From NCBI RefSeq assembly GCF_009914755.1, contig NC_060939.1: a stretch of DNA of 64,000 bases. The stretch is one strand, 5' to 3'. Shown one piece after another: positions 49,231 to 64,000 of this stretch. Position numbers and translations under genes: made by a program. Within the stretch, counting starts at the first letter, position 1. Each line of letters opens with the position of its first letter. A model generated the notes under the pieces. It searched no databases, had not been told where the DNA came from, and saw only the letters and a list, made by a program, of their open reading frames with translations. Source of the stretch: the human T2T-CHM13v2.0 reference genome, Homo sapiens.

Positions 49231-50136
49231 GGAGGAGGAGCCAAGATGGCCGAATAGGAACAGCTCCGGTCTACAGCTCCCAGCGTGAGCGACGCAGAAG
49301 ACGGGTGATTTCTGCATTTCCATCTGAGGTACCGGGTGCATCTCACTAGGGAGTGCCAGACAGTGGGCGCAGGCCAGTGGGTGCGCGCACCGTGCGCGAG
49401 CCGAAGCAGGGCGAGGCATTGCCTCACCTGGGAAGCGCAAGGGGTCAGGGAGTTCCCTTTGCGAGTCAAAGAAAGGGGTGACGGACGCACCTGGAAAATC
49501 GGGTCACTCCCACCCGAATATTGCGCTTTTCAGACCGGCTTAAAAAACGGCGCACCACGAGACTATATGCCGCACCTGTCTCGGAGGGTCCTACGCCCAC
49601 GGAGTCTCGCTGATTGCTAGCACAGCAGTCTGAGATCAAACTGCAAGGCGGCAGCGAGGCTGGGGGAGGGGCGCCCGCCATTGCCCAGGCTTGCTTAGGT
49701 AAACAAAGCAGCCGGGAAGCTCGAACTGGGTGGAGCCCACCACAGCTCAAGGAGACCTGCCTGCCTCTGTAGGCTCCACCTCTGGCGGCAGGGCACAGAC
49801 AAACAAAAAGACAGCAGTAACCTCTGCAGACTTAAATGTCCCTGTCTGACAGCTTTGAAGAGAGCAGTGGTTCTCCCAGCACGCAGCTGGAGATCTGAGA
49901 ACGGGCAGACTGCCTCCTCAAGTGGGTCCCTGACCCCTGACCCCCGAGCAGCCTAACTGGGAGGCACCCCCCAGCAGGGGCACACTGACACCTCACACAG
50001 CAGGGTATTCCAACAGACCTGCAGCTGAGGGTCCTGTCTGTTAGAAGGAAAACTAACAAACAGAAAGGACATCCACACCGAAAACCCATCTGTACATCAC
50101 CATCATCAAAGACCAAAAGTAGATAAAACCACAAAG
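49231..50136 (+). promoter_or_regulatory. L1 5'UTR: CpG-rich internal sense promoter and antisense promoter
   Basis: YY1 site caagatggc at 49242-49250; RUNX3-site sequence tgcatttccatctgaggta; aaacaaa SOX sites at ~49701 and ~49801; many CpGs retained; short UTR form typical of L1PA2/L1HS. Confidence 0.9.
49466..49681 (-). CDS. ORF0: LINE-1 ORF0 (71-aa primate-specific antisense ORF)
   Basis: MAGAPPPASLPPCSLISDCCASNQRDSVGVGPSE...RFSRCVRHPFL, 71 aa from the ATG at 49681; known ORF0 length and position. Confidence 0.85.
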   Translation of the reverse strand: MAGAPPPASLPPCSLISDCCASNQRDSVGVGPSETGAAYSLVVRRFLSRSEKRNIRVGVTRFSRCVRHPFL

Positions 50137-51153
50137 ATGGGGAAAAAACAGAACAGAAAAACTGGAAACTCTAAAATACAGAGCGTCTCTCCTCCTCCAA
50201 AGGAACGCAGTTCCTCACCAGCAACAGAACAAAGCTGGATGGAGAATGACTTTGATGAGCTGAGAGAAGAAGGCTTCAGACGATCAAATTACTCTGAGCT
50301 ACGGGAGGACATTCAAACCAAAGGCAAAGAAGTTGAAAACTTTGAAAAAAATTTAGAAGAATGTATAACTAGAATAACCAATACAGAGAAGTGCTTAAAG
50401 GAGCTGATGGAGCTGAAAACCAAGGCTCGAGAACTATGTGAAGAATGCAGAAGCCTCAGGAGCCGATGCGATCAACTGGAAGAAAGGGTATCAGCAATGG
50501 AAGATGAAATGAATGAAATGAAGCAAGAAGGGAAGTTTAGAGAAAAAAGAATAAAAAGAAATGAGCAAAGCCTCCAAGAAATATGGGACTATGTGAAAAG
50601 ACCAAATCTACCTCTGATTGGTGTACCTGAAAGTGATGGGGAGAATGGAACCAAGTTGGAAAACACTCTGCAGGATACTATCCAGGAGAACTTCCCCAAT
50701 CTAGCAAGGCAGGCCAACGTTCAGATTCAGGAAATACAGAGAATGCCACAAAGATACTCCTCGAGAAGAGCAACTCCAAGACACATAATTGTCAGATTCA
50801 CCAAAGTTGAAATGAAGGAAAAAATGTTAAGGGCAGCCAGAGAGAAAGGTCGGGTTACCCTCAAAGGGAAGCCCATCAGACTAACAGCGGATCTCTCGGC
50901 AGAAACCCTACAAGCCAGAAGAGAGTGGGGGCCAATATTCAACATTCTTAAAGAAAAGAATTTTCAACCCAGAATTTCATATCCAGCCAAACTAAGCTTC
51001 ATAAGTGAAGGAGAAATAAAATACTTTACAGACAAGCAAATGCTGACCGATTTTGTCACCACCAAGCCTGCCCTAAAAGAGCTCCTGAAGGAAGCGCTAA
51101 ACATGGAAAGGAACAACCGGTACCAGCCGCTGCAAAATCATGCCAAAATGTAA
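50137..51153 (+). CDS. ORF1: LINE-1 ORF1p (RNA-binding nucleic-acid chaperone), 338 aa
   Basis: MGKKQNRK... coiled coil, RRM and CTD; REKG, RR261-262 and YPAKLS intact. Confidence 0.97.
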   Translation: MGKKQNRKTGNSKIQSVSPPPKERSSSPATEQSWMENDFDELREEGFRRSNYSELREDIQTKGKEVENFEKNLEECITRITNTEKCLKELMELKTKARELCEECRSLRSRCDQLEERVSAMEDEMNEMKQEGKFREKRIKRNEQSLQEIWDYVKRPNLPLIGVPESDGENGTKLENTLQDTIQENFPNLARQANVQIQEIQRMPQRYSSRRATPRHIIVRFTKVEMKEKMLRAAREKGRVTLKGKPIRLTADLSAETLQARREWGPIFNILKEKNFQPRISYPAKLSFISEGEIKYFTDKQMLTDFVTTKPALKELLKEALNMERNNRYQPLQNHAKM

Positions 51154-51189
51154 AGACCATCGAGACTAGGAAGAAACTGCATCAACTAA

Positions 51190-55044
<3,855 letters not shown>

Positions 55045-57749
55045 ACAATGAGATCACATGGACACAGGAAGGGGAATATCACACTCTGGGGACTGTGGTG
55101 GGGTGGGGGGAGGGGGGAGGGATAGCATTGGGAGATATACCTAATGCTAGATGACGAGTTAGTGGGTGCAGCGCACCAGCATGGCACATGTATACATATG
55201 TAACTAACCTGCACAATGTGCACATGTACCCTAAAACTTAAACTATAATAATAAAAAAATAACAAATGAAAAAAAAAGAAAACACAAATATTTATGTACA
55301 ATGAAGTTTGCATACAACACGCCCATGCAGTACATGTAAGAATACTGGCAGTATGTGTGTCTCCTGTCTTTTCAGGAGACAGGATGAAAAACAAAACTGC
55401 AAGAAAATGTCAGGATGAGGCTGCAGCTGCCATGAGCCAGGGAAGCAGAGAGGCAGGGGTTGAAAAGCAACTGTAAAGTGAATTTTGATTATGTTGGTGC
55501 TTTTTCTGTGGAACAGTGACTTTCAAGAGAAAAAAAAATCTTCTATCTCTTTTTGCCATATATAGCATGAAACACAATGTGAATTTTCTATGAGAGACTG
55601 GCACTGGAAAACTCTGAGAGAAAGTAACAGTGGTACTTCATGTTCATTTATCACGCAATGTTACAGAATGGTTTTGTTAAAAAATACCAGTTTTTTCATA
55701 ATAATATCGATTCACTCACACTTAAAGGTTTTTAAAATTTTTTTAAATCTTATCCAATTCTAATACTTCTTTCATTGCTAATAGCATAGCCAAATTCCAA
55801 AGAAGGAATAAGTTGACAGAAAAATTATAGGAATAACTATTGCCTCTAAGAAAGCTATGGTGTTTACTTGATTACTCATGTGTCCTAGAGAAAGATTTAC
55901 TTCTCCTAATTATTTTGATATATAAATTATCAAAATAGCTCCTTTTCTATTAAAGCATAGGGAAGATATCCTTTAGTTCACACTTTAATTAGAAGGCAAA
56001 TGACTCTGGGGTATGTTGAGACCTGCAATTGCCTCTTCTGACCCTGAGGAGTTGTAAACCCATCATTGCAACTGAATTAAGCCGCAAGGACACTACTGAG
56101 CACTATGCTGGTCTTGATGTGAAAAGGACTTAATAGCTGTGTTCAGGCTGCTCATAATCTGGTTGAAAACCATGGAGGAGGAGTGTTTACCTAAACTGGG
56201 TGCTAACATTTTCAGGAAAAGGTGTCTGTAGCTGAACAGTGAGTACACCCTAGGGAATGGCTGCCACTTTAAAACGTAGTAGGGGATGCTTTCATGGAGA
56301 GAAAGAAGAAATACAAAACCTAGTTGAGCCAAAGGGAAATATAATTGGAAGTGCAAGTCTGTCTTGTGGCAGACAGTTTAGTCAGGTGTGCCCATTTCTG
56401 CCTCTCTCTGGGCTATCTTTGCCTTTTTCTGGGTTCACTTCTCTGGGGTCTCTTATCTATTATTCTTTTGGCACAACATCTTCAACTTTCTTCTCTGCAT
56501 AATAATCCATCCACTTTTTGGTGTGTGTGTGTGTAAGAATGTGGCTACTTCAGGCCTCCCAGCAGGTTTCCTTAGTTCAGGCAGCAACAGGTACAGGCTA
56601 ACATCAATCTCAATTCTAGATAGCTGGAAGAGAGGACTCAGTCAGCTTAATCAGTGCCTCATGGTCAACTTCTGCTCCAGTCCACTGACTAGTGAGAGAC
56701 AGGATGTAGGGTCCATCCTGAGGGTAGGGAATGGGGAGCTACCTAAAGAGGTATTTCCTGAAGAAACAACTGTCTGCACAAATGATGAGGTGGAGATTTG
56801 TTCCTTCCCTCATTCCTTAAGGAAACATCTTCCAATTCCAAAGACCGTAACATTAACCTTATTTTTGAAACTGAACTGGTTTAAAGTTTTCTTGAGAAAT
56901 TTAACCAGGGAGATTTTCCTCAGTCCCTGGGAAGCTTTTTAATTTTATCTCTCTTTTCTCTCCTCCTCCCTTTCCCTCTCCTCCTCCTCTTCTCTTCTTC
57001 CTCCTTTTTTTTTCTTCCTCCTTCTTATGATGTGTGAGTGAGAAGATGCTGTCAAGAACAGCATAAGCTGGTCAAGGGTGAAAACAGATCACAGTTACAA
57101 AAGAGATCATCCTTATGTGAAAAGCAAACATCTGCAAGTGGGAAGAGAGGTTAGAAAGTTCAGGGCAAGTTATTGATTTCAGTATCACTTTTTTTGCCAA
57201 AGCTCAAAACTGAGGATGTGTTGGCTCCAGAAACAGTTACAGGTTAGATGTTACATTAAGAAGGCTGGGTGGTGGCAGGGGGCTGGAGGACCCTGAATAC
57301 ATACAGTAAATAGTGCAGTGAGCTCCATGCCTACAACAAATGCTCCTGGCCTCTCCAGAAGTTGGGTTTTGGAGGCAGTGTCTTGAAAGAAGGGCATAAA
57401 CAGAAGTTTATATAATTAAAAAATTTACTTGATGATAAAGATAAGGATAATATAGAAAGATATCTGTATTGGTACTGAGTGTCTCTGTTATCTTAAAGAT
57501 ACATCTTTTTAGAGATCCCTGCATGCAGTCAACTAACATATACTTTCAATACCTAGATTAGTCATTGTGAAAAATGCCTGCCTATAGGACCATCCCTTGG
57601 CTTTGCTGGTCTGTTTCATTCCAGAGTGTCCTCTAATCACTTCCATAACATCTACTCCATCCCAGGCTCTCCAACTCTCTGATGGGTCTATTTTTCTATG
57701 TTTTCTTTGGCTCAAAGACTAGCTTTCCTCAGCTCTGCTGGCTACCAGA

Positions 57750-60700
57750 GAGAGGCAGACTGTCTCCCTCTGTGACTCACCTTTTCACTGGGGATCCTAG
57801 CAACCCAGGCTGAGGGAGAGCACTTTGTGTCTCCCAATCCCTGGGGAGATGTCGAAGACACTGTGAAGGAAAGATACCAGGAAAGGCTGCAGACATTTAT
57901 CCAGATGCAGAACCAAGAGCAGGATTCCATTTTTAGTGGGGATACATATAAAGTTGGCCATTGTTCAGCGACCTGGCAGTGTGGCTACACAGGCATTTTA
58001 GTCTTGGGCCAGAGATTGGAGCACTCATTCTGGAGTCAGGTAGAGACCTTCACAGTCAGAACTGTGGAAAGCATCTCAGCAGTAGGTGCTGGAATTGTGC
58101 TCTTCCCCCATTGCAGGCCTAGGGCAGGAGGAGAACTGCTACAGCTGCAGTTTCTTCTGGGCAGTGAGACTTGCAGCCAAGGTCAGCTTGGTGAACTGGA
58201 ACTGGTCTGCAGGTGCCATTGTAGAGTGCCTCATCCTGCTCCTCTGAGATTGTGGTGTAGTGGGACCCTCTCTGCTCCATACCCAGGCAGATCTCCAGGC
58301 ATTTAGAGAACCCATTCACCAGATTCAGCAGCCTGAGCTGCTCAACCCTTCCTGGGCATAGATTCTGGTGCAGTGGGGCTGTATCCACACCATGCTCAGG
58401 CTGATCTCTAGGAATTCAGAGCACCTACTTTTTTGGTACAGCAGCTTGAGTTACCTCACTCTTCCTGTACAGAGATCTTAGTGCAGGGGGGTCTCTCATC
58501 TTCACACCCAGGCAGGTCTCTGGGGATCTGGAGCACTCATTCTCCTGGATTAGTAGTTTAGGCTGCTCCATCCTTATGGAGAGAACTTGGGGCTGGGGAG
58601 GTTTCCCAGCTTCATGGCTAGGCACACTTCTGGGAGCTTAGTGGCCACTGCTGGATTCTCCCTTTGTATAGGTGCTTGCACCTGCCACTGAGGGAGCTGT
58701 AAGTGGGCCTACCTGGTCCAGCCCGGACCATGATGTCCCCCTCACCCCTGGGGCTGAGTGTGGAGCACAGACTACTGTGCATTCCATGAATCAGCCCATT
58801 GCCTGAGGCGATGGAGAGCTTCTGCCAGTACACAAGGATCAAGTAGATACCTAGCCACATGGGCTGCAGCTGGCTCCCAACTCTATGCATCATTTACTGG
58901 CTTGTAGGTCAAACTGCACAGCCCAATGTAAAACCTGCCAAAAGAAGTGTGTAGGGATATAAAAGCAAAGCCACAAAATTCTACCCAGGCTTCTCTGCAA
59001 TCACACCCTCTGGGGAGAGGGGGAAAGGGAAACAAAACAAAAACCCAATAATATTGTAGGGGAAGAAAGCAAACAAAAAATCTTTCCTGTACAAAAGTAA
59101 TTACAAAAATTAGAAGTACCACCATCTTCAGATGAGAAGGAAGCAGCACAAAAATTCTGGCACCATGAAAAATCTATAGTGATGCCACCAAAAGATCACA
59201 GTAGCTCTCCAGCAATGGTCCCAAAACAAAATGGAAACTGAAAAATGACAGATGAAGAATTCAAAGCGTTGATTGCAAGGAAGCATAGCAAGATACAAAA
59301 CAAGGTTGAAAATCTACACAAAGAAACTTCTAAAGCAATCCAGGAAATGAAGGAAGAGATAAACATTTTAAAAAGAAATCAATCAGAGCTTCTAGAATTG
59401 ACAAACTTACTTAAAGAATTTCGAAACACAATTGAAAGTTTTATCAATAGACCAGACCAAGCAGAAGGAAAAATTTCAGAGCTTGAAGACTGACCTTTTG
59501 AACTAACCCAGTCAGACAAAAATAAAGAAATAGTCCTATGAACGTCTTAGAACTCATTCTATGAAGCCAATATAACACTGATATCAAAACCTGGCAAAGA
59601 CCTAACAACAACAAAAACTATAGGCCAATATCCCTAATGAATATAGACACAAAAGTCCTCAACAAAATACTAGCAAGCAGAATCCAGCAGCACATCAAAA
59701 AGTTAATTTGCCACAATCAATTGACTTCATTCCTGGGATGCAGGATTGGTTCAACCTATACAAATTTGTAAGTGTGATTCAGCACATAAAACAAAAATAA
59801 AAAAATCATATGATCATCTCAATGGATGCAGAAAAGGCTTTTGATAGAATCCAAACATTCCTTCATGATAAAAACCCTCAAGAAACTAGGCATCAAAGGA
59901 ACATACCTCAAAATAATAACACCCATCTGTCGCAAACCCACAGACAATACCATACTGAATGGGCAAAAACTGGAAGCTTTCCTCATGAGAACTGGAATAA
60001 GACAAGCATGCCTACTCACACAATTCCTATTCAACATAATCCTGGAAGTGCTAGCCAGAGCAATTGGGCAAGAGAAAGAAACAAAACACATCCAAATAGG
60101 AAAAGAAGTCAAACCATTTATCTTCACTGATAATGTTATTCTATACCTAGAAAACCCCAAAGATTCCACCAAAAGCCTTCTGGAACATATAAATGGCTTC
60201 AGTAACTTTCACAATACAAAACCAATGAACAAAAATCAGTAGCATTTCCATATGCCAATAACTTTCAAGCTGAGAGACAAATAAAAAACTCAATCCCACT
60301 TACAATAGCCACAAAAAAAATAAAATACTAGGAATACATCTAACCAAAGAGGTAAAAGATCTCTATAAGGAGAACTACAAAATACTGCTAAAAGGAGTCA
60401 TAGATGATACAAACAAATGGAAAAATATTTCATGCTCATGGAGTGAAAGAATTAATATCATTAAAATGGCCATACTGCCCAAAACAATCTACAAACAATG
60501 CTATTCCTATCAAGCTACCAATGTTATTTTTCACAGAACTAGAAAAACTATTTGAAAATTTCACAGAACCAAAAAAGAGCCTGAATCGTCAAAGTAATCC
60601 TAAGCAAAAAGAACAAAGCCAGATGCATCACATTATCTGACCTTAAACTATACTATAAGGTTACAGTAATCAAAACAGCATGGTACTGGTACAAAAACAG

Positions 60701-62060
60701 ACACATAGACCTGTGGAATGGAAAAGAGAACCCAGAAATAAAGCCAAATACTTATTACAATCTGACTTTTGACAAAGCCAACAAAAATAAACAATGAGAA
60801 AAGGATTACCTAGTCAATAAGTGGTGCTGGGATAGCTGGCCAGCCATATGCAGATGAATAAAACTGGAACTCTACCTTTTACCATATACAAAAATTAACT
60901 CAAGATGGATTGAAGATTTAAATGTAAGACCTCAAACTATAAGAATCTAAGAGAAAACCTAGAAACACCATTTTGGACATTGTCCTTAGGAAAGAATTTA
61001 TGACTAAGTCCTCAAAAGCAATTGCAACAAAAACAAAAATTGATGAGTTGGACCTAATTAAACCAACGAGCTTCTGCACAGCAAAATAAGCTATCAACAG
61101 AGTAAACAGGGCAATCAACAGAATGGGAGAAAATATTCACAAGCTACACATCTGACAAAGCTCTAATGTCCAGAATGTATAAGGAACTTAAACAAATAAT
61201 CAAGCAAATCCCAAATGATTCCACTAAAAAATGGGCAAAAGATGTGAACAGATACTACTCAAAAGAAGAAGAGAAGACATATAATCGGCCAACAAATATA
61301 TGAAACAATGCTCCACATCGCTAATCATCAAAGACATGCAAATCAAAACCACCATGAGACACCATTTCACACCAGTCAGAATGGCTATTATTAAAAATTC
61401 AAAAAAACAACCGATACTGGTGAGTCTGCAGAGAAAAGAGAACACTTACACACTGTTGGTGGGAGTGTAAATTAATTCAGCTGCTGCGCAGTTTGGGGAT
61501 TTCTCAAGGAACCAAAAACAGAACTGCCATTCAACCCAGCAATCCCATTACTGGGTATATATTCAAAAGAAAACAAATCATTCTACCAAAAAGACACCTG
61601 CATTCATATGTTCATCATAGCGCTATTTTCAATAGCAAAGACATGGACTCAATCTAGGTGCCCATCAATGGTGGAATGGATAAAGAAAATATGGTACATA
61701 TATACCATGGAATACCATACAGCCATAACAAAGAATGAGATCATGTCTTTTGCGGCAACATAAATGGAGCTGGAGGCCATTATCCTAAGTGAATTAATAT
61801 AGAATCAGAAAACCAAATACCGCATGTTGTCAATAAGTGGGAGCCAAATATGGGGTACTTATAAAGATGGCAACAATAGAAACTGGGGACTACTAGAGGG
61901 AAGAGAAGGGCAAGGGTTAAAAAACGAGTGGGTACTATACTTACTTGAGTAATGGGATCATTTGTACCTCGAACCTCAGCATCATGCAATATACACAGGT
62001 AACAAACCCACACAGGTACTCCTTAAATCTAAAATAAAAGTTGAAAAATAAAATCAAAAA
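57750..62060 (+). mobile_element. Old L1 (L1PA15/16-like) with 5'UTR, ORF1 start, ~2-kb internal deletion and decayed ORF2/3'UTR
   Basis: ORF1-like 59245-59493 (MTDEEFK..IARK..KIQ.KVEN..KE); RT-like 59810-60242; 3'UTR gcaacaatagaaactggggactactagagg...ctaaaataaaagttgaa; 5' boundary approximate. Confidence 0.88.
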
Positions 62061-62974
62061 TAAATATTTGTGGAGCAAATTGTCTATCCCCTTACTTAGC
62101 AGTTTGTGACCAAAAGGGATTCTTTGGCTATTTTCTCCATCCAAAACTCAAATACAGTGCAAGAGGACTGGATCTGAAGCTAGGTGATGTGTATTTCAGT
62201 TTTAGTCCTTTCAATTCACCTTCTAGAAGATGAATCCATCCATTCATTCATTCATTCAAGTCTGTCTGTTGTACATATTCTTTTTCTTCATGTGAAAGAA
62301 TAATTTTTGGGCTGGAAGATCATGTTGAGATTGAACTTGGATAATGAATGTGGATGTGGTTTCTAAACCAAAGCACCGCCAGATATTTTGAGGATTGAAA
62401 AGCACCAGGGAGAATGTGGGTTTTTACATCACAGAGACCTGGGTTTAGGTTGTGACTCTATTATAACCTGCATGAGTGTTCGAAGGCAAGGCTTCTTACT
62501 ATGTCTTAGTTTCCTCATCAGTAAAATGGGTAATCTTTAGCTCCTGTGGCTAAGGATGGGGTGAAGTAGTATCACCTAGCAGGCATCTATAACATCTTGG
62601 TTCCTCACTCTCCTCCTTCTCCTTGACAAAGCTGCAGATTCCTTTCAGCCATAAGTATCTAGTAAATGCCAGCAGTGAATGGCCTTTGGCTTGAGAACAC
62701 TGTGGACATCAGTGCTTTGGCTACCAGATAACACAGCCTCCTTAACTTACTCCTTAGGGAAGAATTGGATGGAGTAAGTGAGGGGTTGCATCAGTGGATA
62801 ATTCTGTGCCCAGCCTTGCCTTTCTGTTTTTACCACTTCCCTTCACTCTCCCTATTCTGGAAATGCCGTTAAGCAAATATGGCTCATATGATTAACAGGA
62901 ATAATACCAGCTGATGTCTGCATGACGTTTTATATTCTTTCAAAAGGGATTCCATAAACATCAAATGTTCCAAC

Positions 62975-63545
62975 AATCCCATTCTATTTATTGCTTACCA
63001 CATAAGCCAGGTGCTTTGCTGTATGCTGGGGTATAGTGACGAGCAAAATATTAGGGAGAAAATTATATAACACACAAGTATATGTCTGTGTGTGTGCAAA
63101 TATAACCGCTGGTATAATAGTGATAAGTGCCATAAATCTAACAAATAGGGTGATTAAAAATTAACAAGGCTAATTTGAGGGGACATTATTCACATTGAAG
63201 ATGTAGACGGATCTCTAAGGAAGTGACATAAACCTAACTCTGAAGCATGAGAAGGAATTAGCAATTTAAAGAGTATTGGGGGAGCATTCCAGGTCTAGCA
63301 ACCACTATGTATGATGGCATCAAAGCAGGGCAGAATGCCGGGTGTTCAAGGAAACTGAAGGAGACTAGTGTGGCTGGACCATAATGAACAAGAGGAGAGA
63401 GGCTCAAGAGGAGGTTGGAGAGGTGAACAGGGGACAGTTTATGCAGGGCTTTGAAGGTCACGGTTAGGAGTTTGGCTTTATCCTATGAGCAATGTGAAAC
63501 CTTTGGCATGTTTTGGGAAACAGAATGGAATTAAATTTGTGTTTC
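62975..63545 (-). mobile_element. L2 fragment
   Basis: tttattgcttacca...gccaggtgctttgct...ggagtttggctttatcct.tgagcaatg.gaaac motifs. Confidence 0.7.
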
Positions 63546-64000
63546 CAACCAGACGGCTATGAAGTGAACCAGAGACTGTCTATCAGATGCCCTTGGAGCC
63601 TAGAGGGAACAGGGCTCTCCTTTCCACTAGGACTAATGGATTGCAAACTCTCCAGTTGCTTTGCTTCTGGTACTTCCTAACACTCCTCTAAACATCTGGC
63701 ATGTAAGTCCAAACTACTTAGTGCATAAACCATAATTTTGAGTCCCCTTGTGCAAGGATGTTCTCACAATCGTTCCATAAAAAGGGAAGCCACTGTGTCC
63801 AGCCATGTCTAGTCCCAACACGCTTTTCCTCAATATGGCAGGAGAATGGGAGACCTGTGCACTTTGTCAGCACTTCTGGCAGTTTCACCTTGCACCAAGT
63901 GATGCTTGTAGGTGTTTTCCTGAGCCCTATGCAACACAGTCCCATTGGTGGTTGTGTAGAAAACAGATTGGAGAAAGAGAAGGCAGGCCTTGACCTGTAG

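Noticed and set aside
55911-55937. Perfect 10-bp inverted repeat tattttgata-N7-tatcaaaata
   Set aside because: Short and AT-rich; plausible by chance, with no supporting context

Overview
Primate (human or great-ape type) genomic DNA, dominated by repeats. No recognisable host protein-coding gene, rRNA, tRNA or CRISPR array. The main feature is a full-length LINE-1 (49231-55277, +, L1PA2-grade, 15-bp TSD) with open ORF1 (338 aa), ORF2 (1275 aa) and antisense ORF0 (71 aa). A disabled, 5'-truncated older L1 (L1PA3-like, 914-4954, -) sits inside a Tigger2 DNA transposon, tail-to-tail with a third young L1 whose 3' end opens the window. The most notable observation is that the two inverted L1s, about 44 kb apart, share four non-consensus bases and a 383-bp tract with 1 mismatch, while the adjacent sequence differs by about 6%. 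This points to ectopic gene conversion and a possible inversion-prone segment. Also present: a dozen Alus, MaLR/ERVL LTRs, an ERVL proviral remnant, old L1/L2/MIR fragments, a 58-bp VNTR, a ~140-bp decayed palindrome, candidate exons of a minus-strand transcript downstream of the L1 antisense promoter, and motif-dense unique segments. Subfamily names and consensus comparisons come from recalled consensus sequences and need RepeatMasker/Dfam confirmation. Boundaries of old repeats are approximate.
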